DNA from: a virus
Lineage: Duplodnaviria > Caudoviricetes
DNA: 64,000 nt
IMG/VR virus record: IMGVR_UViG_3300031867_000002
Coordinates: 64,001-128,000 of that record
Strand: one strand, 5' to 3'
Shown here: positions 38,346 through 48,747 of the stretch, piece by piece
Numbering within the stretch: position 1 is the first letter of the stretch
How the letters are laid out: the number at the start of each line of letters is the position of its first letter
Translations under genes and position numbers: made by a program
The notes under the pieces: generated by a model
Told to the model about the DNA's origin: nothing
The model's input: only the letters and a program-made list of their open reading frames with translations
Databases searched by the model: none

Positions 38346-40583
38346 TTACTTACGTTTCTTATTACGTTTACCCATATTCTTTTGAAACTTTTGTTGTTGT
38401 TTTTTAGACATTGGGTGAGTATTATATTCATAAATCGAACCAGCTGTATTAGTAGGAACTGTATAAGTGTCATCATCAATACTATCATCAAATACATCAT
38501 CTGCCACATTTCTTTCTGTATTCTCCTCAGAAATCGTCTCTGATTTATTTAATAGAATCTGCATAATTTCATCATCGATACTATCATCTGCCTCAGACGG
38601 AGTAGCTTGAAGTGCCTCTTCAGTATCAAAAACATCATCAACACTTACAGTTACACAATAAGATAATTCGGCAAGGTCTTTACTTCTGGTGAGTGTTACA
38701 GTCTTTGTCTTATCTGTGTTATAAGCTGCTTTATCAGCATTATTAAACATGATATCCATTTCTTTAATCTTATCCCTAAAAGCAACAAATGAGTTAGCTC
38801 TATTATAAGTCATAGTACCACTCAAATTAACATTAAATGGATAATCTTCAAATACAATTACCATTACGTTTCTAATAATGTCATAGACATCTTTATAGAA
38901 AGTATAGGAGTCTTGCCCAGGTGCTTCATCATGAAATGCAAATCTATAGCATACCGTTCTAAAGAACATTACCACAGATTCCATAAATGATAATGTGTTC
39001 TTTACATTGTTGATAAGACGACAGAATGCTGCGAAGTTATTACAGTATTCATAAGAATCATCTTCATTTTCTTCGGTATACATATCTGGGTATACTTTTT
39101 GTAAAAGTTTAGCAACAAGAGTATTATCATTGTCTGTACACAGGTCTTTATCAGAGATATATCCTGGTTCATACATGTTTAAATCAAGAGTTGCAACAGA
39201 AACTTCTCTAAACAGATTCATAGCATTTTCCATAGTAATATAATCTGTTTGATTACTACTCTTTTTCTTAAGAACACTAACAACCTTTTCGATATAACTA
39301 GCATCATAGTTATTAGTCTCGTAGTCTACTACAACATCTATAGCAAACTTATCAAACATTCTAACCGCTTCTTCTACTGATAAAGACTGTTGACTGTCAA
39401 TATCATAGAAGTGTTCTACTACTGGAGTAAAGGGAACTACAGGAGTTTTCTTTTCTACAATAGTAGGGCTTACTGTAACAACAGGCTGTTTAGGCTGTTT
39501 CTGTTCAACAACCTTAGGTCTTACGGAAGATTCAGGTTCTATAAGACCAGTCTCAGGATTATAAACACCAAGTACAACATCTTTAAATCCGATGTTTGGA
39601 ACTTTAGTATCTGGTTGAGGTTCATTAAAGTTAATAACCTCTTTAGGTCCTCTGAATCTATTTCTCTTGCTGTTAGGATTCGCATAATTACTTTTCCCAC
39701 CAACTTCTCTTACAGATTCGACTTCTCCAGTCTCCAGATTTACAACTTTGAATTTCATACTAATTTGCTCCTTTTCTGTTTTTTGTTGATAACCAACTGC
39801 TTGTAAAAGTTTGGAGATATCTTCTCCATCTTTCTTTGCGAGTGTTCTAGCAAAATGTGTTCTACCACATTCACTACAAACAATCATATTAAAACCCTCA
39901 TCATAATCTAACGTGCCACCGCATATCTGACCATTAACGACATCACGACAGAATCTTTTCGAGGGGTCTAATACATACATAGTAGGATAGTCCAATAACA
40001 CTGGACCGAATCCATTTCGATATCCCCAGTTCTTCATAGAACGAGTGCCGATATCTTCAATACCGATATCATTATTTCTAATCTTGAAATAAAGGATATC
40101 ATAAATATCTTGTGCATACTTCTGAAACTCTTGTACACTTTTAATAGGAACAATCTTCTCTATTATAGACAGAGTTCCACAAGGAGTCACATCAAATATC
40201 TTACAACAAAAAGGTTTTAATACATTTTGATTTACAAGCTCTCTAAGATTACTTGTAAAGCCTACTTGGTCTGTTGCTACTTTAGCAACTATTCTATCAT
40301 CGTAGATACACTCATAGGCTCTTCTATTAGTACCTCCTCCTATAAGTTTAAAACCTCTTGCTTCCATTAATTCGCCTATAAGACGATACTTTTCTTTTAC
40401 ATTACAATTTAAACCAGGTGACATAGCTAACTTGTGTAGATATGCTACGTCTTGTAATGTAAAGTAACTTAGTAATGGATTTACAGTATAATTGTCAAAC
40501 CATTTAATATATTCTTGTTGAAGTTTAGATATACCAATAGTATCTTTCTTATAGATATCAACAAGTTTATTATTAACTTTCAT
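38346..40583 (-). CDS. protein-kinase-like domain + zinc ribbon + long C-terminal region
   Basis: IGGGTNRRAY (Gly loop), VAKVA (Lys), NLRE (Glu), EDIG....KNWG (catalytic loop) and VLLDY, followed by C...CGG...CSECG. Confidence 0.6.
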   Translation of the reverse strand: MKVNNKLVDIYKKDTIGISKLQQEYIKWFDNYTVNPLLSYFTLQDVAYLHKLAMSPGLNCNVKEKYRLIGELMEARGFKLIGGGTNRRAYECIYDDRIVAKVATDQVGFTSNLRELVNQNVLKPFCCKIFDVTPCGTLSIIEKIVPIKSVQEFQKYAQDIYDILYFKIRNNDIGIEDIGTRSMKNWGYRNGFGPVLLDYPTMYVLDPSKRFCRDVVNGQICGGTLDYDEGFNMIVCSECGRTHFARTLAKKDGEDISKLLQAVGYQQKTEKEQISMKFKVVNLETGEVESVREVGGKSNYANPNSKRNRFRGPKEVINFNEPQPDTKVPNIGFKDVVLGVYNPETGLIEPESSVRPKVVEQKQPKQPVVTVSPTIVEKKTPVVPFTPVVEHFYDIDSQQSLSVEEAVRMFDKFAIDVVVDYETNNYDASYIEKVVSVLKKKSSNQTDYITMENAMNLFREVSVATLDLNMYEPGYISDKDLCTDNDNTLVAKLLQKVYPDMYTEENEDDSYEYCNNFAAFCRLINNVKNTLSFMESVVMFFRTVCYRFAFHDEAPGQDSYTFYKDVYDIIRNVMVIVFEDYPFNVNLSGTMTYNRANSFVAFRDKIKEMDIMFNNADKAAYNTDKTKTVTLTRSKDLAELSYCVTVSVDDVFDTEEALQATPSEADDSIDDEIMQILLNKSETISEENTERNVADDVFDDSIDDDTYTVPTNTAGSIYEYNTHPMSKKQQQKFQKNMGKRNKKRK

Positions 40584-40597
40584 ACTCTCTCACCACC

Positions 40598-42289
40598 TTA
40601 GAAACCTATTGCCATTAACTCTTCATCTGTCATACTATCATCTGCAGATTTACATTGAGTATCAACAGCTACATCAAATTCCTGTTGAGATATAACTTCT
40701 CCTGTTTCATCATCTACAGTCATGAAGCCGACGGTTCTTTGTTGTGGTATTACTTGTCCATTTGCATCCAGTTTAACACCATTCATTGCAAGTATTTCCT
40801 CCTTTGATAATGAAGCTGGATTAGATTTGTTATCTGGAATGAACATATTTGGAGTAGAGATTTGCGGTGTAACAATCTTAGTATACATTACTTGGTTTTC
40901 AGGTTTATCAAAATCTTCAAGAGTGAGACTCTGTATATCAGGCTTTGGGAAAGTAGGATGATAGTTAATATCCATCATCATATTACAACCTAAATTACCA
41001 CTATTTACTTTCTCCATAAACACTCTTCTTTTAACTTCATATTCTTGCTGAAGCTTCTGATGAACTGCTGGGTCATTCTGCATTTCTTCAGGTGTAGATA
41101 TGAGTCTCTTATAATGAAGGTCTCTTTCAAAGTCATAACTTAAACTAAAGAAGTTAGACTTATTAGCATAATCTAATTCACAATGACAGCATTTCTTAAG
41201 AATGTCATTGAACTTCTCTCTTGAATAGCTTGCTGTAATGAGAGCTCTATTAATAAGCTTTTCATGTTTCTTCCAGTCTACTCTCTCGTCTTCATAACGA
41301 GTATACATTTCTGCATCGGTTAATCCTTCTGCTTTCCATCCTTCCCATTTAGCTATATTACCGAAGTAGTCCTGATTGAATAAACGAGCAAATGTCTGAT
41401 TGAATCTTTCTTGTTGACGCATTGCATTATGAAGTTGCTGGATTTCATAGTTTCTTTTATTATCTTCTGCCATAGTATGAATCTCGTAAGACTGACCATT
41501 TTCATCTTTACGGCATTTAAATTCGTTAACAACTTCACCTGTTTCAACGCATACTACCTTGAAACTAATACTTCTCTGGAGACGATATCCGTTAGCATCG
41601 TATACATCATATACTGTCTTTGTACCATCATCTCCGTAGAGTTCTTTTCTTCTTTCTTCTTCAGCTCTTTGACGAGCCTCAGCTTGTTCTTTTACAATAT
41701 CATCAGCTGATTTAAACTTAAACTGTTCAATCCATTCAGCATCTTCTTTGGTTGCAATACCACTCTTAATACCAAGATTAAAGAACATATAAGTTAAACC
41801 TTCTTCTTTTTCACGCTGTTGTTCTAACATGTTATAGTAATCCTCAAGGTCTCTTTCATCTAAGAAAGCATAAGGATTAATATTGTAAAGACGCATACCA
41901 GGGTGTTGATTATACATCATAACTCTTCTGTCAATATTCTGATTCCAAACGTTTCCAAAGAAACCATTTTGTTGGAATAGATTCATTGTTTGTGGTGACA
42001 TAGCACCTCTTCCTACAGAAGACAGATTACCTTCCCATGGTGCTTTAAAAGTAATCTGATTTGTATTTCCATTTTGTGGTTGATTTGCATAATTGACAAC
42101 GATACCACGATTATCCTTGTCTGCATCTACTGAGATAAAATCTCTCAGTTCTTCGTCTTGAGATAATAACATATTTACCTCTTCATCATTCATAGAGTTG
42201 AGCTGATTCATAATAGCTTGACTTTGTTGTTTAGTTACACCAGCAGCTCTACGAAGATTTTGCATACGAGGGTCATTCTCATTAATCAT
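40598..42289 (-). CDS. hypothetical protein
   Basis: 563-aa ORF with AAGGA RBS; early-like motif at 42339-42353. Confidence 0.65.
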   Translation of the reverse strand: MINENDPRMQNLRRAAGVTKQQSQAIMNQLNSMNDEEVNMLLSQDEELRDFISVDADKDNRGIVVNYANQPQNGNTNQITFKAPWEGNLSSVGRGAMSPQTMNLFQQNGFFGNVWNQNIDRRVMMYNQHPGMRLYNINPYAFLDERDLEDYYNMLEQQREKEEGLTYMFFNLGIKSGIATKEDAEWIEQFKFKSADDIVKEQAEARQRAEEERRKELYGDDGTKTVYDVYDANGYRLQRSISFKVVCVETGEVVNEFKCRKDENGQSYEIHTMAEDNKRNYEIQQLHNAMRQQERFNQTFARLFNQDYFGNIAKWEGWKAEGLTDAEMYTRYEDERVDWKKHEKLINRALITASYSREKFNDILKKCCHCELDYANKSNFFSLSYDFERDLHYKRLISTPEEMQNDPAVHQKLQQEYEVKRRVFMEKVNSGNLGCNMMMDINYHPTFPKPDIQSLTLEDFDKPENQVMYTKIVTPQISTPNMFIPDNKSNPASLSKEEILAMNGVKLDANGQVIPQQRTVGFMTVDDETGEVISQQEFDVAVDTQCKSADDSMTDEELMAIGF

Positions 42290-42403
42290 TATCCGATTCC
42301 TTCTTTCATTTTAATTTTGAGAGTAAGCGTCTCTCTATTACATAAATAATATATGATTCAACTTACTATTAAATTATTGTACAGAAGGGAGTAGATTCTT
42401 AAT

Positions 42404-43093
42404 ATGTTGAACCCAGAATTATTGCTTAACGATATTACTGTATTTGATAAGGGTAAATCAGCTAGATATAGATATCAAGGCAGAGGAGTTCCTAGTGTAA
42501 CAGAATTATTATCTTTCATTGATACAGAAGGTCTTGTTGGGTGGGCAAATAGAATCGGTAGACAAGGTATTGATAATAGAGATGTAGTAAAGAAAGCTGC
42601 AGATTTTGGCACTATGGTGCATGAGTCTATAGAGATGTATTTAAAAAAGAAACCAGTATTAAACGATAACGTATGTTTAGAAGCGTTTAAGAAATGGTGG
42701 GATGGAGTAAATAGTTGTCATAGAGTTAGAGTATTGGGACAAGAAGAACCTATGATAGGTGAGTTCTTTGCTGGCACATATGACTTATTAATCAGTATAG
42801 ATGACAAACCATATCTCATAGATTTCAAGACATCTAATCGTGTAGGATATAAGTACTTTATGCAATTAGCTGCATATAGATATCTTATATATACAAAAAA
42901 GAATATCAATCTTGAAGGGTGTCTAATTCTACAGTTTGATAAAGAAGAGGTAAACTTTAGAGAGTATTCTTTAACATTTAGTGACCCAGCAGATTATGAA
43001 TTCATTGAGAATTGTTATAGAGCTTTTATGGGACTTGTATATACGTATTATAACGCTAAGTTATGCCAACGTCAATTTGGAATTATATTTTAA
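42404..43093 (+). CDS. PD-(D/E)XK (RecB/Cas4-like) exonuclease
   Basis: VPSVTELL...GTMVHESIE...E...GTYDLL...LIDFKTS...QLAAY. Confidence 0.85.
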   Translation: MLNPELLLNDITVFDKGKSARYRYQGRGVPSVTELLSFIDTEGLVGWANRIGRQGIDNRDVVKKAADFGTMVHESIEMYLKKKPVLNDNVCLEAFKKWWDGVNSCHRVRVLGQEEPMIGEFFAGTYDLLISIDDKPYLIDFKTSNRVGYKYFMQLAAYRYLIYTKKNINLEGCLILQFDKEEVNFREYSLTFSDPADYEFIENCYRAFMGLVYTYYNAKLCQRQFGIIF

Positions 43094-43132
43094 GAAAAGA
43101 ATAACGGGTGTCATATATGACACCCGTTTATT

Positions 43133-44392
43133 TTATGGAGTTGTAGTTTCTTCTGGAATTTCATACACTCTATTCTCTACAGTATATTCTTTCTTAATAT
43201 CAGTTTCAGATTCTGTGTGAGTTTGTTTATGAGTAATATTACCATCGGCATCATATCTTTCTTCTACACGAGTTCTAAGTTCTTCTCCAGTCTCTTCATC
43301 TGTAGAATAAGTATAGATAATCTTATCAATCATAACAAATTCTCCATCAATTAGTTGTTTAGTAATAGCAGACTCACGTTTATTATCTTCGTTGTAAGTA
43401 TATGTAGTAACCTTAGAATTGTCTTCTGCAAATGTAAGAAGATTATTGTTTTCGTCATATACTTCTTTAATATACTTACTCTTCTGATGTCCATGTTTAT
43501 CTGTAGCATAAGTATGTTTTTCTACTGTTTTCTCACCAGTCTCACTATCAGTACTTCTAGAGATACGAGTCATTATCTCTACATCATCATCTTTTAATAC
43601 CATTTTAATTACCTCACTTTCTAGGTCATACCAATATTGTTCTCTAACAAAACCATTCTTGATAACTCTAGAAATTTTAAAATCTGCATTAGGGTCATAG
43701 ACTTTAGTAGTTTTAGCAAATACTTTCTTGTCGTTAAGATGTCTGAATATCTCTGTAGTAGAAAGTGTTTTACCATTATGGTCTTTATCTCTTTCTACGA
43801 AGCATTCAAAGTTTTTAGCATGTTCTACATAATGAACTAGTTCTCCATACTCATTATAAGTAGCAGAATATATTCTAGCAACAGATTTGCTTTTAATAGT
43901 TTTAGTCCATATGATAGTAACATTACCGTCTTGATTGTATTCTGTAGTTTGAATTGAGTCGGTAGATTTTATAGTCTTAGTTTTAATATTACCATTACCC
44001 CAATACCAAAATTGTTCTCTATTATACATGATACCAGTGCGAGTGTAATATTCACGTTTAACAACTCTACCCTTATCATCATAATAAGTCGTATTAGTAG
44101 TCTTTTCGATATCCGTAGATTGACCATTCTTAGACATTGTTTTTTCTACATTACAAGAAATTATATTACCATCACTATCTTTAGTATAATTATATTTATA
44201 CTTAATAACAAATTCATCACTAACAACAATCTTACCTGTTGGATATTCTCCATCTTTATCTTTAAATACTACTACAAGGTCTAAATCTGTTTTAGATAAT
44301 AGGTCGTCTTTTCTTGTTTCATCATATACTAATGTAGTAGTATGATGTTTAACTCTAAGTAAATTATCTTCTTTAATAATATTTGTAGCCAT
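43133..44392 (-). CDS. YD/RHS-like repeat protein
   Basis: Repeated YD/YN-xxGN-like units (YDDKGR, YNQDGN, YNEYGE, YDENNN, YDADGN). Confidence 0.55.
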   Translation of the reverse strand: MATNIIKEDNLLRVKHHTTTLVYDETRKDDLLSKTDLDLVVVFKDKDGEYPTGKIVVSDEFVIKYKYNYTKDSDGNIISCNVEKTMSKNGQSTDIEKTTNTTYYDDKGRVVKREYYTRTGIMYNREQFWYWGNGNIKTKTIKSTDSIQTTEYNQDGNVTIIWTKTIKSKSVARIYSATYNEYGELVHYVEHAKNFECFVERDKDHNGKTLSTTEIFRHLNDKKVFAKTTKVYDPNADFKISRVIKNGFVREQYWYDLESEVIKMVLKDDDVEIMTRISRSTDSETGEKTVEKHTYATDKHGHQKSKYIKEVYDENNNLLTFAEDNSKVTTYTYNEDNKRESAITKQLIDGEFVMIDKIIYTYSTDEETGEELRTRVEERYDADGNITHKQTHTESETDIKKEYTVENRVYEIPEETTTP

Positions 44393-44475
44393 ACTAACTA
44401 CCTCCTTTACATATTATAATAAAGTTCAACACTAAAAAGAAACAGGACTAATACAAGCCCTGTTTCTTTTTTATA

Positions 44476-45015
44476 TTAGATTTCTACCTCTACAACTTTG
44501 CCTTTTCTAATAGATTCTCTCACATCAATGATACGCTGATTAGTAGAACCTCTCCACTTACAGTCAAGCGAGGCTTTATCTTTTTCAAACTTACCATCGA
44601 TAAGATAGTCAATATTGTAAAGAAGTCTCATATAAGACATAATTCCTTCATCAATACCTTTCTTAATCTGTTCATAGGTATAACCTGTATAGCAGATAAT
44701 ATTAAACTCTCTTCCAACTTGTGCAATAGAGTTATTGAAATATTTATTGATAGCAATAGCTAAATCTGCTAATGCGTCAGCCTGAAGGAAAGGTTCACCA
44801 CCAGAAAAAGTGATACCGTCATACATAGGATTACTGATAAACTCTTTAAGAATATTATCTGTATCCATAGTAATACCACCCTGAGGGTCATGTGTCTGAG
44901 GATTATGACAACCCTCACACTTATGATAGCATCCTTGAACAAATACTACATATCTAAGTCCAGGACCGTCAACAATAGAATCTTTTGTGATTCCAGCTAC
45001 TCTAAGATTACTCAT
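44476..45015 (-). CDS. nrdG: anaerobic ribonucleotide reductase activating enzyme
   Basis: DSIVDGPGLRYVVFVQGCYHKCEGCHNP...GITFSGGEP...YTGY...DG.F...RGSTNQR. Confidence 0.95.
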   Translation of the reverse strand: MSNLRVAGITKDSIVDGPGLRYVVFVQGCYHKCEGCHNPQTHDPQGGITMDTDNILKEFISNPMYDGITFSGGEPFLQADALADLAIAINKYFNNSIAQVGREFNIICYTGYTYEQIKKGIDEGIMSYMRLLYNIDYLIDGKFEKDKASLDCKWRGSTNQRIIDVRESIRKGKVVEVEI

Positions 45016-45883
45016 TTGTATTACCTCCTAAGAAAGTTGTAAAGTTATCATAGATTGGAGATACTTTACCGTATGGAGTCATTGCTTCTCTATCTCCAAT
45101 CTTTGAGCAAATTTTGTCACAAATCTCTTCCTGTTCAATAACATTATCAGTGTCAACGTATTGCCACTCATTAACACTAATTCCAGGAATCGCTCCTACA
45201 TCATCAATTGTTTCGAATGGCTGATGTGTAATGAGTTCTTCTACCTCACCAATTACTTCGTCTTCATCACCTTCAAATTCATTCCAGTAACTAACTATTG
45301 GCATAAGCCATTTATCATAATATTCAGTATTACCATTCACATGAAAACAAGGATATTTTATCCATTGACCTTGAGAATTATTCACATAATCATTATCAAT
45401 TCTCGGAAACAATGGATTATCCCAATTCCAAAGTTTATCGAAAACCAATAATTCGTCTACACCTTCTGCATATATATTGACATTATATCTCGGTAAAATA
45501 CCCAAGTCATTAGTTGCATATATTTGCATACCAGGTTCAGATGCTTGAAACGTAAATGATACTCTATTCTGATAGAAGTAACAGAGTAGAGCTTGCCAGA
45601 ATTGAATATTAGGAGACCAAGCATCATTACATTCGATACTAAACTCTTCTTCATTAACTATATCACCTATCCAATAGATATAGCCACGTTGATAACACGA
45701 AATATCAACGCCGTATCCGTACTTAGCTAAATACACCTCCCATAAATCTCTGTTTTCAGGACAGATTTGTTGCATAAGTTTAGAGACTTGTTCCATTTTA
45801 TTATGCAAGTCTACTAAAGCACATTTTCCTTCTGGAGTACCATCGCTCCAGAATGTGATAAAATTGTTACACCAGTTAGGCAT
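45008..45883 (-). CDS. DUF1281/YubB-like ferredoxin-fold protein
   Basis: Characteristic MPNWCNN start and DAWSP...EPG; early-type promoter at 45931-45945. Confidence 0.55.
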   Translation of the reverse strand: MPNWCNNFITFWSDGTPEGKCALVDLHNKMEQVSKLMQQICPENRDLWEVYLAKYGYGVDISCYQRGYIYWIGDIVNEEEFSIECNDAWSPNIQFWQALLCYFYQNRVSFTFQASEPGMQIYATNDLGILPRYNVNIYAEGVDELLVFDKLWNWDNPLFPRIDNDYVNNSQGQWIKYPCFHVNGNTEYYDKWLMPIVSYWNEFEGDEDEVIGEVEELITHQPFETIDDVGAIPGISVNEWQYVDTDNVIEQEEICDKICSKIGDREAMTPYGKVSPIYDNFTTFLGGNTNE

Positions 45884-45949
45884 AAATCATCGTTCCTTTC
45901 GATATAAAAATTTCTGTAGATTCTTCTCTACACAAAAATAATATATAAT

Positions 45950-46375
45950 TCATACAGTGTTTATAAATACATCACGAGTAATTTTACAACGTTCTCTATC
46001 TATAATCTTTTTTACTGATTCACCAAAAGAATTAGTTCTAATAACAATATCATTCTTATAATAGCTATATAGTTCATCATATCCAGTATTATCCCAAAAG
46101 TTAGATATATTACCTTTAGAATTATATTTACAGTTCCATTCATTACCTCTACTATCTTGATAATGAATAGGTTGTTTATTGGCATTATATTCTATCCAAT
46201 ATTCAAACTTTTCATCTCCTATATACTGAGAAGCATAAATTATATTTCCAGAAGTATCTCTTTTAACTTCTGGATTCTTATTCTTTGTAATGTCTTGTGA
46301 AACTTTAAAACTAACTGGAGCAGTACTCTTAACAGGACCACTTTTCTTTTTCCTTCTTCTATACGTTCTACTCAT
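45950..46375 (-). CDS. small YD-like repeat protein
   Basis: DTSGN, YNANK and YNSKGN repeats; basic N-terminus; late promoter at 46398-46409. Confidence 0.5.
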   Translation of the reverse strand: MSRTYRRRKKKSGPVKSTAPVSFKVSQDITKNKNPEVKRDTSGNIIYASQYIGDEKFEYWIEYNANKQPIHYQDSRGNEWNCKYNSKGNISNFWDNTGYDELYSYYKNDIVIRTNSFGESVKKIIDRERCKITRDVFINTV

Positions 46376-46445
46376 ATAGACACCTCCTATGATATATTAT
46401 AAGGAAGTTAAAGCGAGGGTAGGAATCAACCTACCCTCAAATATA

Positions 46446-46949
46446 TTAAGAACGTTTAACTACTTTAATACCTGCATTAATACAGTTTCTAATCTGGTCA
46501 TGACATCTACGAAGAAGACCGCAATCTACATATTTTTTAGCATGGTCAATAAGACCTTTATTAACTTCGTCGCATTCTACAACTACATATACATCTTCTG
46601 GGTCAATACTATAATATTCACAAATATTTAAAACAGCTTGTGCGTCATCATTAATATCATTATCATTCATATAGATATCAAGAATTCTGCCATCAATAAA
46701 ATATGCAGATTCATTACAATTACTGCCACATTCAATTCCACATTCGGTTTTAGAAGCTTTACAAACTTCTACATTACCGCATTCAAACTTAAGATTATTA
46801 GGAACAATAGCAGAAGAAAAATTATGTCCATTACCGATAGTATCCTGAAAATCTGCACACTCGTTACCGCATTCAGTTTTAGTAGTAGTATTTTTTCCTT
46901 TACTAGATTCAAGAAGAATATTAAATACTCTCTCATTATACATACTCAT
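46446..46949 (-). CDS. hypothetical Cys-rich protein
   Basis: AGGAGG RBS; repeated (T/F/I)ECG units. Confidence 0.6.
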   Translation of the reverse strand: MSMYNERVFNILLESSKGKNTTTKTECGNECADFQDTIGNGHNFSSAIVPNNLKFECGNVEVCKASKTECGIECGSNCNESAYFIDGRILDIYMNDNDINDDAQAVLNICEYYSIDPEDVYVVVECDEVNKGLIDHAKKYVDCGLLRRCHDQIRNCINAGIKVVKRS

Positions 46950-46963
46950 GATAGTATCCTCCT

Positions 46964-48424
46964 TTATAAGTTAGCTATAGAGTTAAGCATACTTTCATTA
47001 ATTTCATATATGCTATTAACTCCTTTAGTTCTTTTACATGTAAGTTTGTTATAAGCAAAATATTTACCGTTTAGACTTTGTAGAATAGTTAAATCTTCAT
47101 ACTCTCTTAAAAGTTTCTTTTTGTATTCATACTTAACAGGGTCAAGTATATTAAATACAATAGGTTTAACTCCTTCTAAAATAGCTTCAGATTGAAATTG
47201 TAGAGTCGCTAAACTACTATTAAAGTTTTCATGGATTTGTTCCATATCAACCACTTCAAGTAATGTACTAAACTCTAATTGGTCATCTGATAACACTTCA
47301 CTAAATTCCGTAACTAAACAAGGTAGATATTGATAATCTACATATTGTTCAGTTTTATATTTATGATAAACCTCTTTCAATATATTAGCTATGTTTTCAC
47401 CTTTATATTTATAAGTGGTGAATTCACATTCATCTAGTAAATCTTTTGTTTTTTTCTTTTTAAGTTTACCAGATTCTTTATCTCTAGTAATCATGTATTC
47501 AGAAGTAATATCGTTAGATAATGCAAATCCAGATTCAAATGTATTTTTATCCATGTAGTTTGTTATAAATACACTAGGAGACATATCTGTTCCTACTGCT
47601 GGCATACCACCTATACTAGCTGGACCTGTATGCTCATGAACTCTAGAAATAGTCTTTGGTTCAGTATCATTCATATAAGATTCTTTAAGCTCAGCAAACA
47701 TAGTAAGCAACTGTACAAACTCGTTATTAGTAAGTCTAATATAATTATACTCACCTTGGTCTGTAATAAATTTTTCTTTCTCTAATTGTTTTGCTCTATA
47801 TTCAGGCATCTCACGATTATTCTTATTATCTCCACCATCTTTAATATCAAATACAAGATTATAAGGTAAATAAATAGCATCTGTAATCCAAGTATGTTCT
47901 TTGCCTTCAAACTCATAATAGATAGTAGGACCAGGAGTTAATAAGTCTTCAGAATTAATCTTCAATACATTATCACAAAACTCTAAGAACTTCTTTTCAT
48001 AACTTCCAACATAAGTTTTGTATGTTCCGTCAGACCATCTGTATTTACCAGATATACTTCTGTTAGCAAGCATTTTTTGTTCTTGCCATTCCATATCATC
48101 AAGTAGAGTAGTTTTACCGTATACTCTAAGCATATTGTTTTTATAGTTTTCTCTAGCTTGTTGTTTACATTTTTCAGAACAATAAGATTTATATCGCACA
48201 GAATTCTCGTCCCACTCAGTAGGTTTCTTACAAATACGACATACACCCTGTCCTGCTCCGATTGGTTCTTTATTATTACAAATGTCGAATACAATTCTAT
48301 TTGCAGTATATCCTTTATCAGGATTTAACATGTCATCATGATGTTTATCAATATGACTAGCTAACTTAGGTCTTTCAAAAGATTTACTACAAAATGGACA
48401 CTTATACTTTCTTACTGAAGCCAT
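46964..48424 (-). CDS. C2H2 zinc finger + TnsA-like endonuclease domain protein
   Basis: YKCPFC...HIDKHH, CRIC...YCSEKC, then YVGSYEKKFLEFCD...IYY...H.W.TD...DIK. Confidence 0.55.
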   Translation of the reverse strand: MASVRKYKCPFCSKSFERPKLASHIDKHHDDMLNPDKGYTANRIVFDICNNKEPIGAGQGVCRICKKPTEWDENSVRYKSYCSEKCKQQARENYKNNMLRVYGKTTLLDDMEWQEQKMLANRSISGKYRWSDGTYKTYVGSYEKKFLEFCDNVLKINSEDLLTPGPTIYYEFEGKEHTWITDAIYLPYNLVFDIKDGGDNKNNREMPEYRAKQLEKEKFITDQGEYNYIRLTNNEFVQLLTMFAELKESYMNDTEPKTISRVHEHTGPASIGGMPAVGTDMSPSVFITNYMDKNTFESGFALSNDITSEYMITRDKESGKLKKKKTKDLLDECEFTTYKYKGENIANILKEVYHKYKTEQYVDYQYLPCLVTEFSEVLSDDQLEFSTLLEVVDMEQIHENFNSSLATLQFQSEAILEGVKPIVFNILDPVKYEYKKKLLREYEDLTILQSLNGKYFAYNKLTCKRTKGVNSIYEINESMLNSIANL

Positions 48425-48519
48425 AACAGTCCTCCTTTCATAGTATTATATCAATGTTCTGGAAATCAAATATAATGAGATTGTAAAAGTTTAATATTTT
48501 GTATATATATAATATAAGT

Positions 48520-48747
48520 GAATAAGAGATAATATCAAATCGATAGCCGTCACTATCGACCACTCATATTATCTCTTAGTGGACTCTCGGTAGAGGCTTA
48601 GCGACAGCCATACTACACTAAAAGTACCGAGATTATCCAAGAGGAGTTGCGTCCTTAGGTTTCTGGAATATCCTTTAAAACCAGAGCAACTATCTATGTT
48701 CCTGAAAATTCATGGAACAAATTTTATCTATAAGGAGTCATTTAATC
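48520..48747 (+). ncRNA. long (~230 nt) multi-hairpin 5' leader or sRNA of early cassette
   Basis: Follows TATATAAT-N6-G (48506-48520). Pairings TAAGAGATAATAT/ATATTATCTCTTA, TCGATAG/CTATCGA, TCTCGGTA/TACCGAGA, GTTGC/GCAAC and GGTTT/AAACC. Confidence 0.6.
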
